A stretch of DNA of 55,610 nucleotides from the NCBI GenBank assembly GCA_015663855.1, contig DQRJ01000006.1, positions 1 through 55,610 on the forward strand, in the 5' to 3' direction. Both the position numbers and the translations under genes were made by a program. Positions 10,005-20,049 of this stretch are shown one piece after another (within the stretch, counting starts at the first letter, position 1; every line of letters starts with the position of its first letter). The DNA is from Flavobacteriales bacterium (GTDB lineage: Bacteria; Bacteroidota; Bacteroidia; Flavobacteriales_D; Sanyastnellaceae). The notes below the pieces were generated by a model. That model saw only the letters and a list, made by a program, of their open reading frames with translations, had not been told where the DNA came from and made no database searches.

Positions 10005-10676
10005 ATGATTAAGACTAGACACATCTTTTTTGCGCTCGCTATTAACATCTCTCTTTTGAGCTTTAACAGTCTTTCAGCCCAAACAGATCAATCTTCGGCA
10101 TCATTCTCAGGAGTAATAACATACTCTTGCGAGCCCATTAAGAAGAACGGGTTCGCTCCTTTCGAAGTAATAGTCGTAACCCACAATGGTCAATTTCGCA
10201 TCACCGAGAGTTCCGAATCCGGAAAATCCCAATCATTCCTACTGCTTGGCTCCGCTCAGGGATCTGTAAATCAATTCACCTTTTTCGGTACTGAAATAGC
10301 TTTAACAGGACCCCTTCCTAAAGCGACTCTCGACTCTCCTTCTAACCCCGAAATCGGAATATCCTCGACCCCTCAAATCATTGCCGGTACTTCGTGTATT
10401 CCTTGTGGTGGAAATAACTGGTGCGCCCCCTCTTTAGGTCTCGCCCCAGCAGGATGGCCGGGCTCGAGCCTCCCTTTAAAGGCGACCATCATCTATGGCG
10501 AAGTCTCGTACATGATCATCGCTACGTCAGTTCTTCAGCTCGACCCGAAGGAATTTCGACGAAACGCCACCTACGGCGACTCGTTCATTATCGACAAAGA
10601 CAGAACCATTGTCGATGCGAAGGGATTCGTAGAGCTATTTCAGCTCACTCCCCCAACTGACGCGATACGCTATTAA
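10005..10676 (+). CDS. Hypothetical secreted protein
   Basis: 223-aa ORF with signal peptide (LLSFNSLSAQ). No recognisable domain. Confidence 0.45.
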   Translation: MIKTRHIFFALAINISLLSFNSLSAQTDQSSASFSGVITYSCEPIKKNGFAPFEVIVVTHNGQFRITESSESGKSQSFLLLGSAQGSVNQFTFFGTEIALTGPLPKATLDSPSNPEIGISSTPQIIAGTSCIPCGGNNWCAPSLGLAPAGWPGSSLPLKATIIYGEVSYMIIATSVLQLDPKEFRRNATYGDSFIIDKDRTIVDAKGFVELFQLTPPTDAIRY

Positions 10677-10697
10677 GCACGTTTCAGCTTTCGAACC

Positions 10698-11822
10698 TTA
10701 GAACGAGAGCTCAAATTGAATACGACCCATATAAGTAGCGTCCCCGCCTCCCTCTTGAATCATAGAGAAGTCTGACTGCACCTTTAGATTGTGGCCGTCC
10801 AGGTATTTCGACACACCTAAAGTGTACATCGAAATATCATCCTCGCCGATAACAACCTCATGCGTAATCGACGTAAACCTTGCCGACACCTCACAGTTAC
10901 TCATAAACAAATACCCCGCCTGCACATTCGCTCCAGAGCCAGTATAAAAATACTCTACTCCGTCTACGGGTGTATAAACAACTGGACCTCCTTTAGCTGA
11001 CTTGACAGCATACTCAGCCATAACCGATAGACCTTGATACTTAAACATCATATCAGCAAATACGGTACTTAAAGTCCTCGTGCTGAATAAGAAACTCCCT
11101 GTATTACCTCTCTGCCTAGAAGCGTTATCGTTATAGTCATAAGTGACACCTAGAGACAACTTCGGGTTCTCTTCTCTTTTAAGATCGGCCCCGAAATAAT
11201 CGCCTTTTCCGGCAAATGCACCGAACGGCAGCAGCTCAACCCTCCCCGTATAATCAAAACCTCCGTAGTTCCCTGTCGTAATATTCCTGCCTTCTCCTTG
11301 AGAAATAGAAACCGCAGCTTCCCCTATCATTCCACCTAATTCAAAATTATGATGTATCTGAATCCCCATGTCTCTATCGATATTGTACTTAGAATTAAGG
11401 AGCGATCTATCTACAAACTGAAGCTTCGCTGAGCTCATTACACGCTCTCTATTTCCTGGAAGCTTCGTCTGTCCAAACCACAGCTGAGTTTTCGGCCCCA
11501 TATTATACATGACTACTGCATCCAGTATCATTCTTGCGGAGTTGTTCGTCTCAGGAATAGGACTTCCGTGATCTCTATTAGTCAACCCTAGCTCTAACTT
11601 GTAAGAAAACTTGGGATTGATAGCTACACCTTGAAACTTAAGTCTTGCACGTCTAACGAGGATATTAGTTTCGAATTCATCACCTGTCATCTCAACAGAA
11701 GCAAGACTTTGTATTCTACCACTAAACTTCATCGTTGATGAACCCGCCAAGTTTTGCGCTGCCGCACTATTGACGTAGCAAAAAGAACAAACTGCTGCAA
11801 TAGAAAGTAAAAATTTATTCAT
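10698..11822 (-). CDS. Outer-membrane porin, phosphate-selective porin O/P-like
   Basis: Signal peptide ending AAAQ. RRARLKFQG, LDAVVMY and WFGQTKLPGNRE match the porin O/P pattern. The C-terminus ends in F. Confidence 0.65.
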   Translation of the reverse strand: MNKFLLSIAAVCSFCYVNSAAAQNLAGSSTMKFSGRIQSLASVEMTGDEFETNILVRRARLKFQGVAINPKFSYKLELGLTNRDHGSPIPETNNSARMILDAVVMYNMGPKTQLWFGQTKLPGNRERVMSSAKLQFVDRSLLNSKYNIDRDMGIQIHHNFELGGMIGEAAVSISQGEGRNITTGNYGGFDYTGRVELLPFGAFAGKGDYFGADLKREENPKLSLGVTYDYNDNASRQRGNTGSFLFSTRTLSTVFADMMFKYQGLSVMAEYAVKSAKGGPVVYTPVDGVEYFYTGSGANVQAGYLFMSNCEVSARFTSITHEVVIGEDDISMYTLGVSKYLDGHNLKVQSDFSMIQEGGGDATYMGRIQFELSF

Positions 11823-11894
11823 CTTAACAATTAATCGTGGTGCAAAGAAACGCTCAAAATTTACACCTAATGTTAAGTGTACGTTATATTCATC

Positions 11895-12509
11895 TTATCG
11901 TATCCCCAGATACTTATGGGTCTGAATGCTTAGTGACCAAACCGCACCCTTCTGGGTCTTCAAAAAGTCCAACATCATATCCGTCACCTTCTCCTTCCTA
12001 CTCCATTCTGGCTGAAGATAAAGGAGGGTGCTCTCTCCCACTTTCATCGCATGCTCCTGCGACCAAGTCAAATCTTGCTTATTTACCACAACGACCTTTA
12101 ACTCATCCGCTCTTGCGTAACTCTCTTCTAGACACGCCTTAAATCTCTTAGGAGAAAGCGTAATCCAATCAAACTCTCCTCTTATCGAATACGCCCCTGA
12201 AGTTTCTAAATGAACCCTCAGACCCGCCGACTTCAACTCCGAGGTAAGCGCATGAAGATCATACATACAAGGCTCACCACCAGTTATTACGACCATCGAG
12301 ATCTTACTCTCCACAGCTCCTTTTACGATCTCCTCCACCGAAACCTCTTCATGATCACCAGCCTCCCAACTTTCTTTCACATCGCACCAAGAACAGCCTA
12401 CATCACAACCTGCAAGCCTTATGAAATATGCCTGAACACCTGAATATCTCCCCTCACCCTGAAGTGACGGAAAAACTTCCATAATGGGATATTTCGTTTC
12501 TAAAGACAT
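11895..12509 (-). CDS. queE: 7-carboxy-7-deazaguanine synthase (radical SAM)
   Basis: FPSLQGEGRYSGVQAYFIRLAGCDVGCSWCD is the characteristic QueE N-terminus with the CxxxCxxC-type cluster. Confidence 0.85.
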   Translation of the reverse strand: MSLETKYPIMEVFPSLQGEGRYSGVQAYFIRLAGCDVGCSWCDVKESWEAGDHEEVSVEEIVKGAVESKISMVVITGGEPCMYDLHALTSELKSAGLRVHLETSGAYSIRGEFDWITLSPKRFKACLEESYARADELKVVVVNKQDLTWSQEHAMKVGESTLLYLQPEWSRKEKVTDMMLDFLKTQKGAVWSLSIQTHKYLGIR

Positions 12510-12516
12510 TAATTCA

Positions 12517-13830
12517 CTACGCTAATTCACCGTCTAAATCGAAAGCAGTAGCTCCAGTGATTTTCACCTTCACGAAATCACCGACTCTTAAATGCAAATC
12601 ATCAGCTACAGGAATACGAACCTCGTTATCTACATCAGGTGAATCATACTCCGTCCTCCCAAGCCAAAACCCACCTTCACACCTATCAATCATCACCTTA
12701 AAAACCTTACCTATATGCCTAAGGTTTAATTCCTCTGAAATGCCCGCTTGAAGCTCCATCACTTCATCAACCCTTTTCTTCTTTACCTCCTCTGGCACAT
12801 CGTCCTCCAAATTGTATGCGTGAGTGTTTTCTTCGTGAGAATAAGTAAAACACCCGAGTCTCTCGAACTTCATTCTCCCGATCCAATCTAGCAAGTTTGC
12901 GTGATCGTCTTCAGTTTCTCCAGGAAATCCGACAATAAGCGTCGTACGAATAGCAATCCCAGGCACTCTAGCTCGGATATCGGCAAGAAGTGATTCAGTT
13001 TTCTCCTGAGTTATTCCTCGACGCATTGATTTCAAGATGGAATCACTCGCGTGCTGAAGTGGCATATCTAAATAATCACACACCTTCTTCGACTCCGCCA
13101 TAACATCAATTACGTCCATAGGAAACCCCGATGGGAACGCATAATGAAGACGTATCCAGTCTATCCCTTCTACCCCCTCTAACGCTCTAACTAACTCCGC
13201 TAATCGACGCTCTTTATAAATATCAAGCCCGTAATAAGTCAGATCCTGAGCAATTAAAATCAGCTCCCTAACTCCTTGATTAGCAAGAGCCTCAGCCGAC
13301 TTAACTAAATCTTCAATTGGAGTCGAAACATGCTTCCCTCTCATAAGTGGAATCGCACAAAAAGCACACGGTCTATCACACCCCTCAGCGATCTTCAAAT
13401 AGGCATAATGAGCTGGCGTCGTAAGCAACCTCTCTCCCACAAGCTCCTTTTTATAATCAGCCCTCAACGTCTTTAAAAGTCTCGGCAAATCCCTAGTACC
13501 AAACCAAGCATCCACTTCCGGTATCCCCTCAGACAACTCCTCCTCATATCTCTGAGACAGACATCCCGTAACGTAAACCTTCTCTACCGCTCCCTCTTTC
13601 TTTGCCTGAGCAAATCGTAAAATAGTGTCAATACTCTCTTGCTTCGCTGATTCGATAAATCCGCACGTATTAATTACCACGATTCCGAAGTCATCTACCC
13701 GTGACTCGTGCTCGACATCGAAGTCATTTGCACGAAGTTGAGCCATTAATTGCTCCGAGTCGTACATGTTTTTCGCACACCCTAGAGTTACAACGTTTAC
13801 TTTACGTGGGTTTGAAGATCTTGCTCTCAT
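12517..13830 (-). CDS. rimO: Ribosomal protein S12 methylthiotransferase
   Basis: N-terminal VNVVTLGCAKNMYDSE (UPF0004 domain), radical SAM CDRPCAFC, and a C-terminal TRAM domain. Confidence 0.85.
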   Translation of the reverse strand: MRARSSNPRKVNVVTLGCAKNMYDSEQLMAQLRANDFDVEHESRVDDFGIVVINTCGFIESAKQESIDTILRFAQAKKEGAVEKVYVTGCLSQRYEEELSEGIPEVDAWFGTRDLPRLLKTLRADYKKELVGERLLTTPAHYAYLKIAEGCDRPCAFCAIPLMRGKHVSTPIEDLVKSAEALANQGVRELILIAQDLTYYGLDIYKERRLAELVRALEGVEGIDWIRLHYAFPSGFPMDVIDVMAESKKVCDYLDMPLQHASDSILKSMRRGITQEKTESLLADIRARVPGIAIRTTLIVGFPGETEDDHANLLDWIGRMKFERLGCFTYSHEENTHAYNLEDDVPEEVKKKRVDEVMELQAGISEELNLRHIGKVFKVMIDRCEGGFWLGRTEYDSPDVDNEVRIPVADDLHLRVGDFVKVKITGATAFDLDGELA

Positions 13831-13845
13831 AAGTAAATACTTGAG

Positions 13846-14865
13846 TTATTTTTCATCTAGAGATTCCGGAAGAAGCGAGTCTATAAAGTCGAGTGGATGA
13901 AAATCCTGAAGATCCTCCATTTTCTCTCCTACTCCGATGTATCGAACTGGAATCTTTACTTGATCGCAAACAGCTATAACGGCACCGCCTTTAGCTGTCC
14001 CGTCAAGCTTAGTCACGATAAGACCGGTAATATCTGTGGCTTGAGCGAATTGGGTGGCTTGAACAAGCGCGTTTTGGCCTGTAGAACCATCAATAACGAG
14101 CCAAACCTCATGAGGAGCGTCCGAAACAATCTTATCCATCACCCTCTTAATCTTCGTCAACTCCGCCATCAAGCCTACTTTATTGTGCAAGCGGCCGGCC
14201 GTGTCAATGATTACCACATCTGCTCCCTGTGCTTTCGCTGACTCTAGAGTATCGAACGCTACAGCAGCTGGGTCGGCTCCCATACCTTGCGAAATCACAG
14301 GGACTCCGACTCTTTCAGCCCAAATAGTTAATTGTTCCACCGCAGCAGCTCTGAAAGTATCCGCCGCACCTAAAACGACCTTCTTCCCTTCCGACTTATA
14401 CCTATGAGCAAGCTTCCCTATGCTTGTAGTCTTTCCCACTCCATTCACACCTACAACTAGAATAACAGCGGGGCCTTCTGCCGGCTTTACGCTTTCTACA
14501 GAAAAGGGTGGGTGGTTCGTGAGAGCAGATTCAATATCGTCTCCTACAAGGAGATAAGCGATTTCTTCGCGGAGCATCTTAACAAGCTCGTTTTGGTCTA
14601 CATATGCTTCCCAAACAGCTCTCTTCCTCAATCTCTCAATAATCCTTTCCGTGGTATCTACTCCTACGTCTGACATCATCAGCGCCTCCTCTAAATCTTC
14701 AAGGAGATCATCATTAATTTTTCTTTTCCCGGTAAAAACACGTGCGATACGACTAAACACACTGCGCTTTGATTTCTCAAGCCCAGCGTCCAATGAAGCT
14801 TTTTTCTCAACCTGATCCTCAGATTGCGGCTTCTCTTTTCCGAATAATCGTTTAAAAAAACTCAT
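13846..14865 (-). CDS. ftsY: Signal recognition particle receptor
   Basis: SRP-GTPase motifs GVNGVGKTT, DTAGRL and TKLDGTAKGG, with an acidic/basic N-terminal region. Confidence 0.9.
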   Translation of the reverse strand: MSFFKRLFGKEKPQSEDQVEKKASLDAGLEKSKRSVFSRIARVFTGKRKINDDLLEDLEEALMMSDVGVDTTERIIERLRKRAVWEAYVDQNELVKMLREEIAYLLVGDDIESALTNHPPFSVESVKPAEGPAVILVVGVNGVGKTTSIGKLAHRYKSEGKKVVLGAADTFRAAAVEQLTIWAERVGVPVISQGMGADPAAVAFDTLESAKAQGADVVIIDTAGRLHNKVGLMAELTKIKRVMDKIVSDAPHEVWLVIDGSTGQNALVQATQFAQATDITGLIVTKLDGTAKGGAVIAVCDQVKIPVRYIGVGEKMEDLQDFHPLDFIDSLLPESLDEK

Positions 14866-14880
14866 ACTTACCTTTTTTAC

Positions 14881-14912
14881 AAAAAAAAGGCCGGCTCGAT
14901 TAAGAGCCAGCC
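14881..14912 (-). terminator. Rho-independent-type hairpin after the DUF4295 gene
   Basis: On the minus strand: GGCTGGCTC-TTAATC-GAGCCGGCC followed by T8. Confidence 0.5.
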
Positions 14913-14948
14913 AAAGTCAATAAAGCATGGCTACTGCCATAGGAAAGA

Positions 14949-15101
14949 TTACTTCGCGAAGAAGTCCTTTACCTTATCGTTGTGAACGATTAACTCTACA
15001 AATGAATATGCACCTGATTGCTCACTGCGCACCATCTTGATCACTTTCGTGTGTTGCTTTCCTCCACCTTTCTGGAGTGACGCTACTACTTTCTTAGCCA
15101 T
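14949..15101 (-). CDS. DUF4295-family small protein (not in the supplied ORF track)
   Basis: Hand translation gives MAKKVVASLQKGGGKQHTKVIKMVRSEQSGAYSFVELIVHNDKVKDFFAK (50 aa). This is the conserved Bacteroidota small protein found between rpmG and ftsY. Confidence 0.75.
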   Translation of the reverse strand: MAKKVVASLQKGGGKQHTKVIKMVRSEQSGAYSFVELIVHNDKVKDFFAK

Positions 15102-15119
15102 AGTCTTACAGTTTCAGGG

Positions 15120-15302
15120 TTACTTAATCTCTTTATGAACTGTGTACTTGCGTAACACAGGGTTGAACTTCTTGAGTTCCATACGATCAGGCGTGTTCTT
15201 CCTGTTCTTTGTTGTCACATAACGTGACGTACCTGGACGGCCTGAGTCTTTATGCTCAGTACACTCTAGGATTACTTGTACACGGTTGCCTTTCTTGGCC
15301 AT
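15120..15302 (-). CDS. rpmG: 50S ribosomal protein L33
   Basis: [60 protein letters not shown] (60 aa). The track ORF extends 17 codons upstream, which I regard as spurious. Confidence 0.9.
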   Translation of the reverse strand: MAKKGNRVQVILECTEHKDSGRPGTSRYVTTKNRKNTPDRMELKKFNPVLRKYTVHKEIK

Positions 15303-15387
15303 AGCTTCGAGAATTGGAGGGCAAAGATAGTCAAACTTTCCTTTAAAAACCAACGATTCACCAACCTCTTGATTTGAACACTAAAAC

Positions 15388-18045
15388 GTGAACAAGGAGA
15401 GCGCAATGTACTACGCAGACAGACTTTACCGTTTAATTTTACAGATTAGCACCATGCGCACATTATTTTCCTCCTCAACAAACAAGAGCAAGCCAGCTCG
15501 AAACGTCCGAAAAGTAGCGAGTTCGAAAGATTCTACAAAAAAGGCTTTCAAGTCTTCCCGCAAAAAATCAAATATTGATATTGAAAAATCAACGGTTTCA
15601 TTTTTTGAATACTGGGAAGATGAAAGGGTGAGGTCTACCATAGGGCTTCTCACCCTAGGAACTGCCATTTTTCTGTTATTGAGTTCTGTTTCCGCCATTT
15701 TCACTGGTGTTTATGACATCATTTTAATTAAAGCAGAAACCCCAACCCTACCCGCCCACAATCTTGGGGGAAAGCTTGGCGCGTTAGTGGGGCATTACTT
15801 AGTGAGAGGAACTTTTGGGTTTGGTTTTCTAGCTGTTCCATTTATTCTAACACTGCTCGGGTGGAAAGCTCTCACGGGAAGAATATTACTTCCTATCTGG
15901 AAGTCAATAAGCTGGTCATTGCTAGCAATGATTACCCTCCCTTGGATTACTGCTTTCTTCTTCCATGAAGCAATGGATGAATCTCTTGAAATCAACCTTT
16001 TTGTAGGAGACCACATAGTGGGACTTGGCTCTGTTTATCTTCTTAAACTTACCCTAATGTATTTCGGGCATTTAGGAACAGGAATACTCATAAGTGTTTT
16101 TGCATTAATAACTTTATATCAATTTGCTCCCAAATGGCATGAGAACATTAAATCCGATAAAATTCGATCATTCTTTAATTGGGCTTCTTTTTTCTCAAAA
16201 CGAATTGATGAGGATGGGGATGATATAGCTGAAACGTCTTCTGAAACTACTCAGCAGCCGCAATCGCAGCCGCAGCCACGAAACACATTTATTAATCCAA
16301 ACAGCAAACTTGATGATATCGTAGACGATCTTTTGTCGGATGCTGATGACAAACCCGAATCGGAGGACAAAACTGAAATAAAGAGTCCTGAACTTTCAGT
16401 AAAAGAAAAAATCGAAGACCCCGAAATTAAACTGGAAATAAAGGAAACGGGAGAGGAAGAATCGCTAAGTAAGGGTGAGGTGAACGAGTTAACGCAGGAG
16501 TTTGGAGAGTATGACCCATCACTAGAATTAGGATCTTATAAGATGCCAGGCCTAGAGCATTTAGCAAATCATGGAGATGGGAAAAATAAGGTTAGCGACG
16601 AAGAGTTAGCTGTGAATAAGGATAAAATTCTCGCCACTCTTGCAAACTTTAAAATTGCTGTAGATAAGATTTCTGCAGAAGTAGGACCTACCGTTACACT
16701 TTACGAAATTATCCCTGCTCCCGGAATTAGAATCTCGAAGATTAAGAATCTTGAGGATGACATCGCTTTGAGTCTTGCCGCTCTAGGAATCAGAATCATT
16801 GCCCCTATCCCGGGACGTGGTACTATCGGTATCGAAGTGCCGAACTCGAAACCTGACGTTGTAAGTATGCAGACTCTAATTGCGTCTGAGAAATTCCAAA
16901 ACTGTGATTATGAACTGCCTATTGCTTTAGGTAAGACCATATCAAACGAGACTCACATCTTCGACTTGGCAAAAATGCCCCACTTATTAATGGCGGGAGC
17001 AACAGGTCAGGGTAAGTCGGTGGGACTTAACGCTATGCTAGTGAGTTTGCTTTATAGAAAGCACCCGAGCGCTTTGAAGTTTGTCCTAGTAGATCCTAAG
17101 AAAGTGGAGTTATCTGTTTATAACCAAATCTCAAGGCATTACCTGGCTCAATTGCCCGGTTCTGAAGATGCAATCATAACGGATACGGATAAGGTAGTGG
17201 CAACTTTGAATTCGCTTTGCAAGGAGATGGATCAGCGCTATGACCTCTTGAAGGACGCGCATTGCAGAAATTTGAAGGAATACAATCAGAAGTTCATCAA
17301 CAGAAAGATTATTCCAGAAACGTGTAAGGATCTTCATCCAGAGAGAGGGCACCACTTCCTTCCTTATATCGTCCTTGTTATAGATGAATTCGCCGACTTG
17401 ATAATGACTGCAGGGAAAGAAATTGAAACGCCTATTGCTCGTCTTGCGCAGCTCGCTCGTGCAATCGGGATTCATTTGATCATCGCAACTCAACGCCCGT
17501 CTGTAAACATCATCACAGGAACTATAAAAGCGAATTTCCCGGCTCGTGTGGCTTTCCGTGTGACTTCGAAGATTGATTCCCGCACCATCCTCGATGCTGG
17601 GGGGGCTGATCAGCTCATAGGTCGTGGTGACATGCTTATGAGTACAGGTAATGACCTTATCCGCTTACAATGTGGATTCGTGGACACGCCTGAGGTGGAA
17701 GCTATTTGCAATCATATAGGAGGCCAAAGAGGTTTTCCTGAAGTTTTCGAACTTCCAGAATTTACGGTTGAAGGCGTAGCAGATCGTGGTGCAACATCAA
17801 TAGATGAGCGTGACGAGCTATTTGACGAGGCGGCACATATTATTGTGATGCACCAACAAGGCTCGACTTCTCTCCTTCAACGAAAACTTAAGCTAGGATA
17901 CAATAGAGCGGGCCGCCTAGTCGATCAATTGGAGGACGCCGGGATTATCGGACCTTTCGAAGGATCTAAAGCGAGGAAGGTATTAATTCCGGACGCAGTA
18001 AGTTTGGAACAACTTTTGCGTAGACCATTTGAGGGCGAGGTTTAA
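15388..18045 (+). CDS. ftsK: DNA translocase FtsK/SpoIIIE (start uncertain; GTG 15388, ATG 15406 or 15454)
   Basis: N-terminal TM helices, an acidic/PQ linker, Walker A GATGQGKS, Walker B LVIDEFADL, and a C-terminal gamma winged-helix (LLQRKLKLGYNRAGRLVDQLE). Confidence 0.9.
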   Translation: MNKESAMYYADRLYRLILQISTMRTLFSSSTNKSKPARNVRKVASSKDSTKKAFKSSRKKSNIDIEKSTVSFFEYWEDERVRSTIGLLTLGTAIFLLLSSVSAIFTGVYDIILIKAETPTLPAHNLGGKLGALVGHYLVRGTFGFGFLAVPFILTLLGWKALTGRILLPIWKSISWSLLAMITLPWITAFFFHEAMDESLEINLFVGDHIVGLGSVYLLKLTLMYFGHLGTGILISVFALITLYQFAPKWHENIKSDKIRSFFNWASFFSKRIDEDGDDIAETSSETTQQPQSQPQPRNTFINPNSKLDDIVDDLLSDADDKPESEDKTEIKSPELSVKEKIEDPEIKLEIKETGEEESLSKGEVNELTQEFGEYDPSLELGSYKMPGLEHLANHGDGKNKVSDEELAVNKDKILATLANFKIAVDKISAEVGPTVTLYEIIPAPGIRISKIKNLEDDIALSLAALGIRIIAPIPGRGTIGIEVPNSKPDVVSMQTLIASEKFQNCDYELPIALGKTISNETHIFDLAKMPHLLMAGATGQGKSVGLNAMLVSLLYRKHPSALKFVLVDPKKVELSVYNQISRHYLAQLPGSEDAIITDTDKVVATLNSLCKEMDQRYDLLKDAHCRNLKEYNQKFINRKIIPETCKDLHPERGHHFLPYIVLVIDEFADLIMTAGKEIETPIARLAQLARAIGIHLIIATQRPSVNIITGTIKANFPARVAFRVTSKIDSRTILDAGGADQLIGRGDMLMSTGNDLIRLQCGFVDTPEVEAICNHIGGQRGFPEVFELPEFTVEGVADRGATSIDERDELFDEAAHIIVMHQQGSTSLLQRKLKLGYNRAGRLVDQLEDAGIIGPFEGSKARKVLIPDAVSLEQLLRRPFEGEV

Positions 18046-18063
18046 TTCTTTCAAAATTTAAAA

Positions 18064-18708
18064 ATGACACGTACTTTATTTTTCACTTTACTATCAATTT
18101 CGTTCGTAATTAACGGATATTCACAAGACTCTGACGCACTATTATTAAAATTAAGTGAGCGGGCTAAGACATTCGAAAACATCGAAGCTACTTATTCGTC
18201 AAAGATGGTGGACCTTAAAAACGATTTCGAGGAAACGATGTCGGGGAAAATCTATATCGAAGGTGATAAGTTCAACCTAAATCTAGGGGAATTCGTGATT
18301 ATTTCGGACGGCATTACGGTTTGGACTTACGAACCCGAGTCAAACGACTGCTACATCGACGACGCAGATATGCTTATCGATGAAGGAATGGATCCATCTC
18401 GAATCTTCACAATATGGGAGGACGAATTCAATAGCGAATGGAAAGGCCGTGAAATGGTCGGCGACCGCGACTGCGTCCAAATCAACCTCTACCCTATCGA
18501 CGGCGACGAGAAGCCCTACCACACTCTCAAGATGTATATAGACGATGTTAAGCTCGAAATAGTACGCTTAGTAGTAAAAGGGCGTGAGGGGATGGATACG
18601 GACTACTTAATCGAGAGATTCAATACCGGAGTTACTTTGCCTAATTCGAGCTTCGACTTCGACGAGTCTAAGTATCCCGGCGCGTTGATGATAGACAATC
18701 GTATTTGA
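18064..18708 (+). CDS. lolA: LolA-like outer-membrane lipoprotein carrier protein
   Basis: 214 aa with a signal peptide. The size and the position immediately after ftsK are conserved in Bacteroidota. The fold assignment is not verified. Confidence 0.6.
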   Translation: MTRTLFFTLLSISFVINGYSQDSDALLLKLSERAKTFENIEATYSSKMVDLKNDFEETMSGKIYIEGDKFNLNLGEFVIISDGITVWTYEPESNDCYIDDADMLIDEGMDPSRIFTIWEDEFNSEWKGREMVGDRDCVQINLYPIDGDEKPYHTLKMYIDDVKLEIVRLVVKGREGMDTDYLIERFNTGVTLPNSSFDFDESKYPGALMIDNRI

Positions 18709-18709
18709 T

Positions 18710-20035
18710 TTATCGCCTGATAAAGAACCCCTCGTCGTCGAGTTCGGGCAATACGAACTCTGGAAGAATCGGTACAGTATCGGTGTCACACCATTGACCA
18801 TGGTGGAATGTCGATAGATCCCACGCTTTATTCACGTAGCCCGAGAAAGTATCTACTGACTGCCAATCGTATTTGGTCGATAATTGAGCGGGTAGGATAG
18901 AAAAATCTAGGTCGCCCAATTCCTTTTGCATCTTTCTTAAAAAGGCATCGAGGAATGCATCGTGCGCTCGGAGGGAATATTTCGAAGGATCCGACTTATA
19001 CATCTTTCGGAATACCTTAATCGCGGCGATAGAAGAAGAATCGTTCCAAACTATAACTTCACTTACAGGGATTGTAGTGCGAGATCTCTCTAAGAATTTC
19101 ACATCAATAAAGCCCAAATCTTGAAGTTCAGGATGAGAGTAAACATAGATCTCGGTAGAATCATTGATTTGGACAGCCATTTGAAGATTCGAAAGCATAG
19201 ATCTTGCAGATCTTCCCGCTACTGTAACAACAACATTTCGCTCGTAGAAATTGATCTTCTCAGAAAGAGACCCAACAGAATGTTTCGAACCGTGCACTGT
19301 ATCGAACATCAAGGTAATTGTAGAGTCCTTCAGATTAGATAAAGAGAAAAGCTGACTAGAAAGCTTATCCATAAAACGAGTTTCTAAATCTAGATCTACC
19401 CCATCCGTCATCACGAAAATAATATGATCGTTACTGTGATTTTTAGCAATATCAACGGCAAGTATGTCAACGGCAAACTTCTCTGAAGGGATAATGGATC
19501 TTATTGCATCAGACCCCTTAAGGATACTCTCGTTTACTGGGGTAAGAAGTACGTGATCTGCACCTGAACGCTCAATAATTCTTAAGCTTTTTGTCAAAGA
19601 ACTCATCTGAAGAGGACCTAATACTACATCTGAGCCATTAATATCTGAGACGTCCCAAGTTACATTTCCTATAGTGTCTGGTACTTCATCTAAAAAAGTC
19701 AGATCTATCAAATATCCTTCCTTTCTTAGTCGTTCTGCACCCCAACGTACCCCCATCATATTCTCCATAGCTATTTCACGCATCCTTTCCTCGCGTTTAG
19801 AGGCTGGATGAAGCTCATCGTTAACAGAATTACTAAAAAACGGGAGAATAGCTACCGCCTGAAAATCCACAAGGGACGTTTGGGAAGTACTGTCTAAAGA
19901 GTTGAGATCTTGTGTAGGAAACTGTGCTTGGGTATGCGCTGATACAAGCCATAACGACAACAGAGCGATAGCATTTAGTGCGAAAGCACTAGACGTAAAA
20001 GCAATCGAATAGGAATATCTTTTTATGAAGGACAT
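18710..20035 (-). CDS. Hypothetical exported protein (possibly periplasmic-binding-protein-like)
   Basis: Long ORF with a hydrophobic N-terminal segment ending AHTQAQ. I prefer the ATG at 20035 (MSFIKRY...) over the track start, which overlaps guaA. Confidence 0.4.
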   Translation of the reverse strand: MSFIKRYSYSIAFTSSAFALNAIALLSLWLVSAHTQAQFPTQDLNSLDSTSQTSLVDFQAVAILPFFSNSVNDELHPASKREERMREIAMENMMGVRWGAERLRKEGYLIDLTFLDEVPDTIGNVTWDVSDINGSDVVLGPLQMSSLTKSLRIIERSGADHVLLTPVNESILKGSDAIRSIIPSEKFAVDILAVDIAKNHSNDHIIFVMTDGVDLDLETRFMDKLSSQLFSLSNLKDSTITLMFDTVHGSKHSVGSLSEKINFYERNVVVTVAGRSARSMLSNLQMAVQINDSTEIYVYSHPELQDLGFIDVKFLERSRTTIPVSEVIVWNDSSSIAAIKVFRKMYKSDPSKYSLRAHDAFLDAFLRKMQKELGDLDFSILPAQLSTKYDWQSVDTFSGYVNKAWDLSTFHHGQWCDTDTVPILPEFVLPELDDEGFFIRR

Positions 20036-20049
20036 ACTAGTATTTGGCT

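Noticed and set aside
15303-15387. Expected rpmB (L28) gene upstream of rpmG, as in many Bacteroidota rpmB-rpmG-DUF4295-ftsY clusters
   Set aside because: Only 85 nt separate rpmG from the divergent ftsK gene, which is too short for L28. rpmB must lie elsewhere. This is a synteny variation and not a feature of this window.
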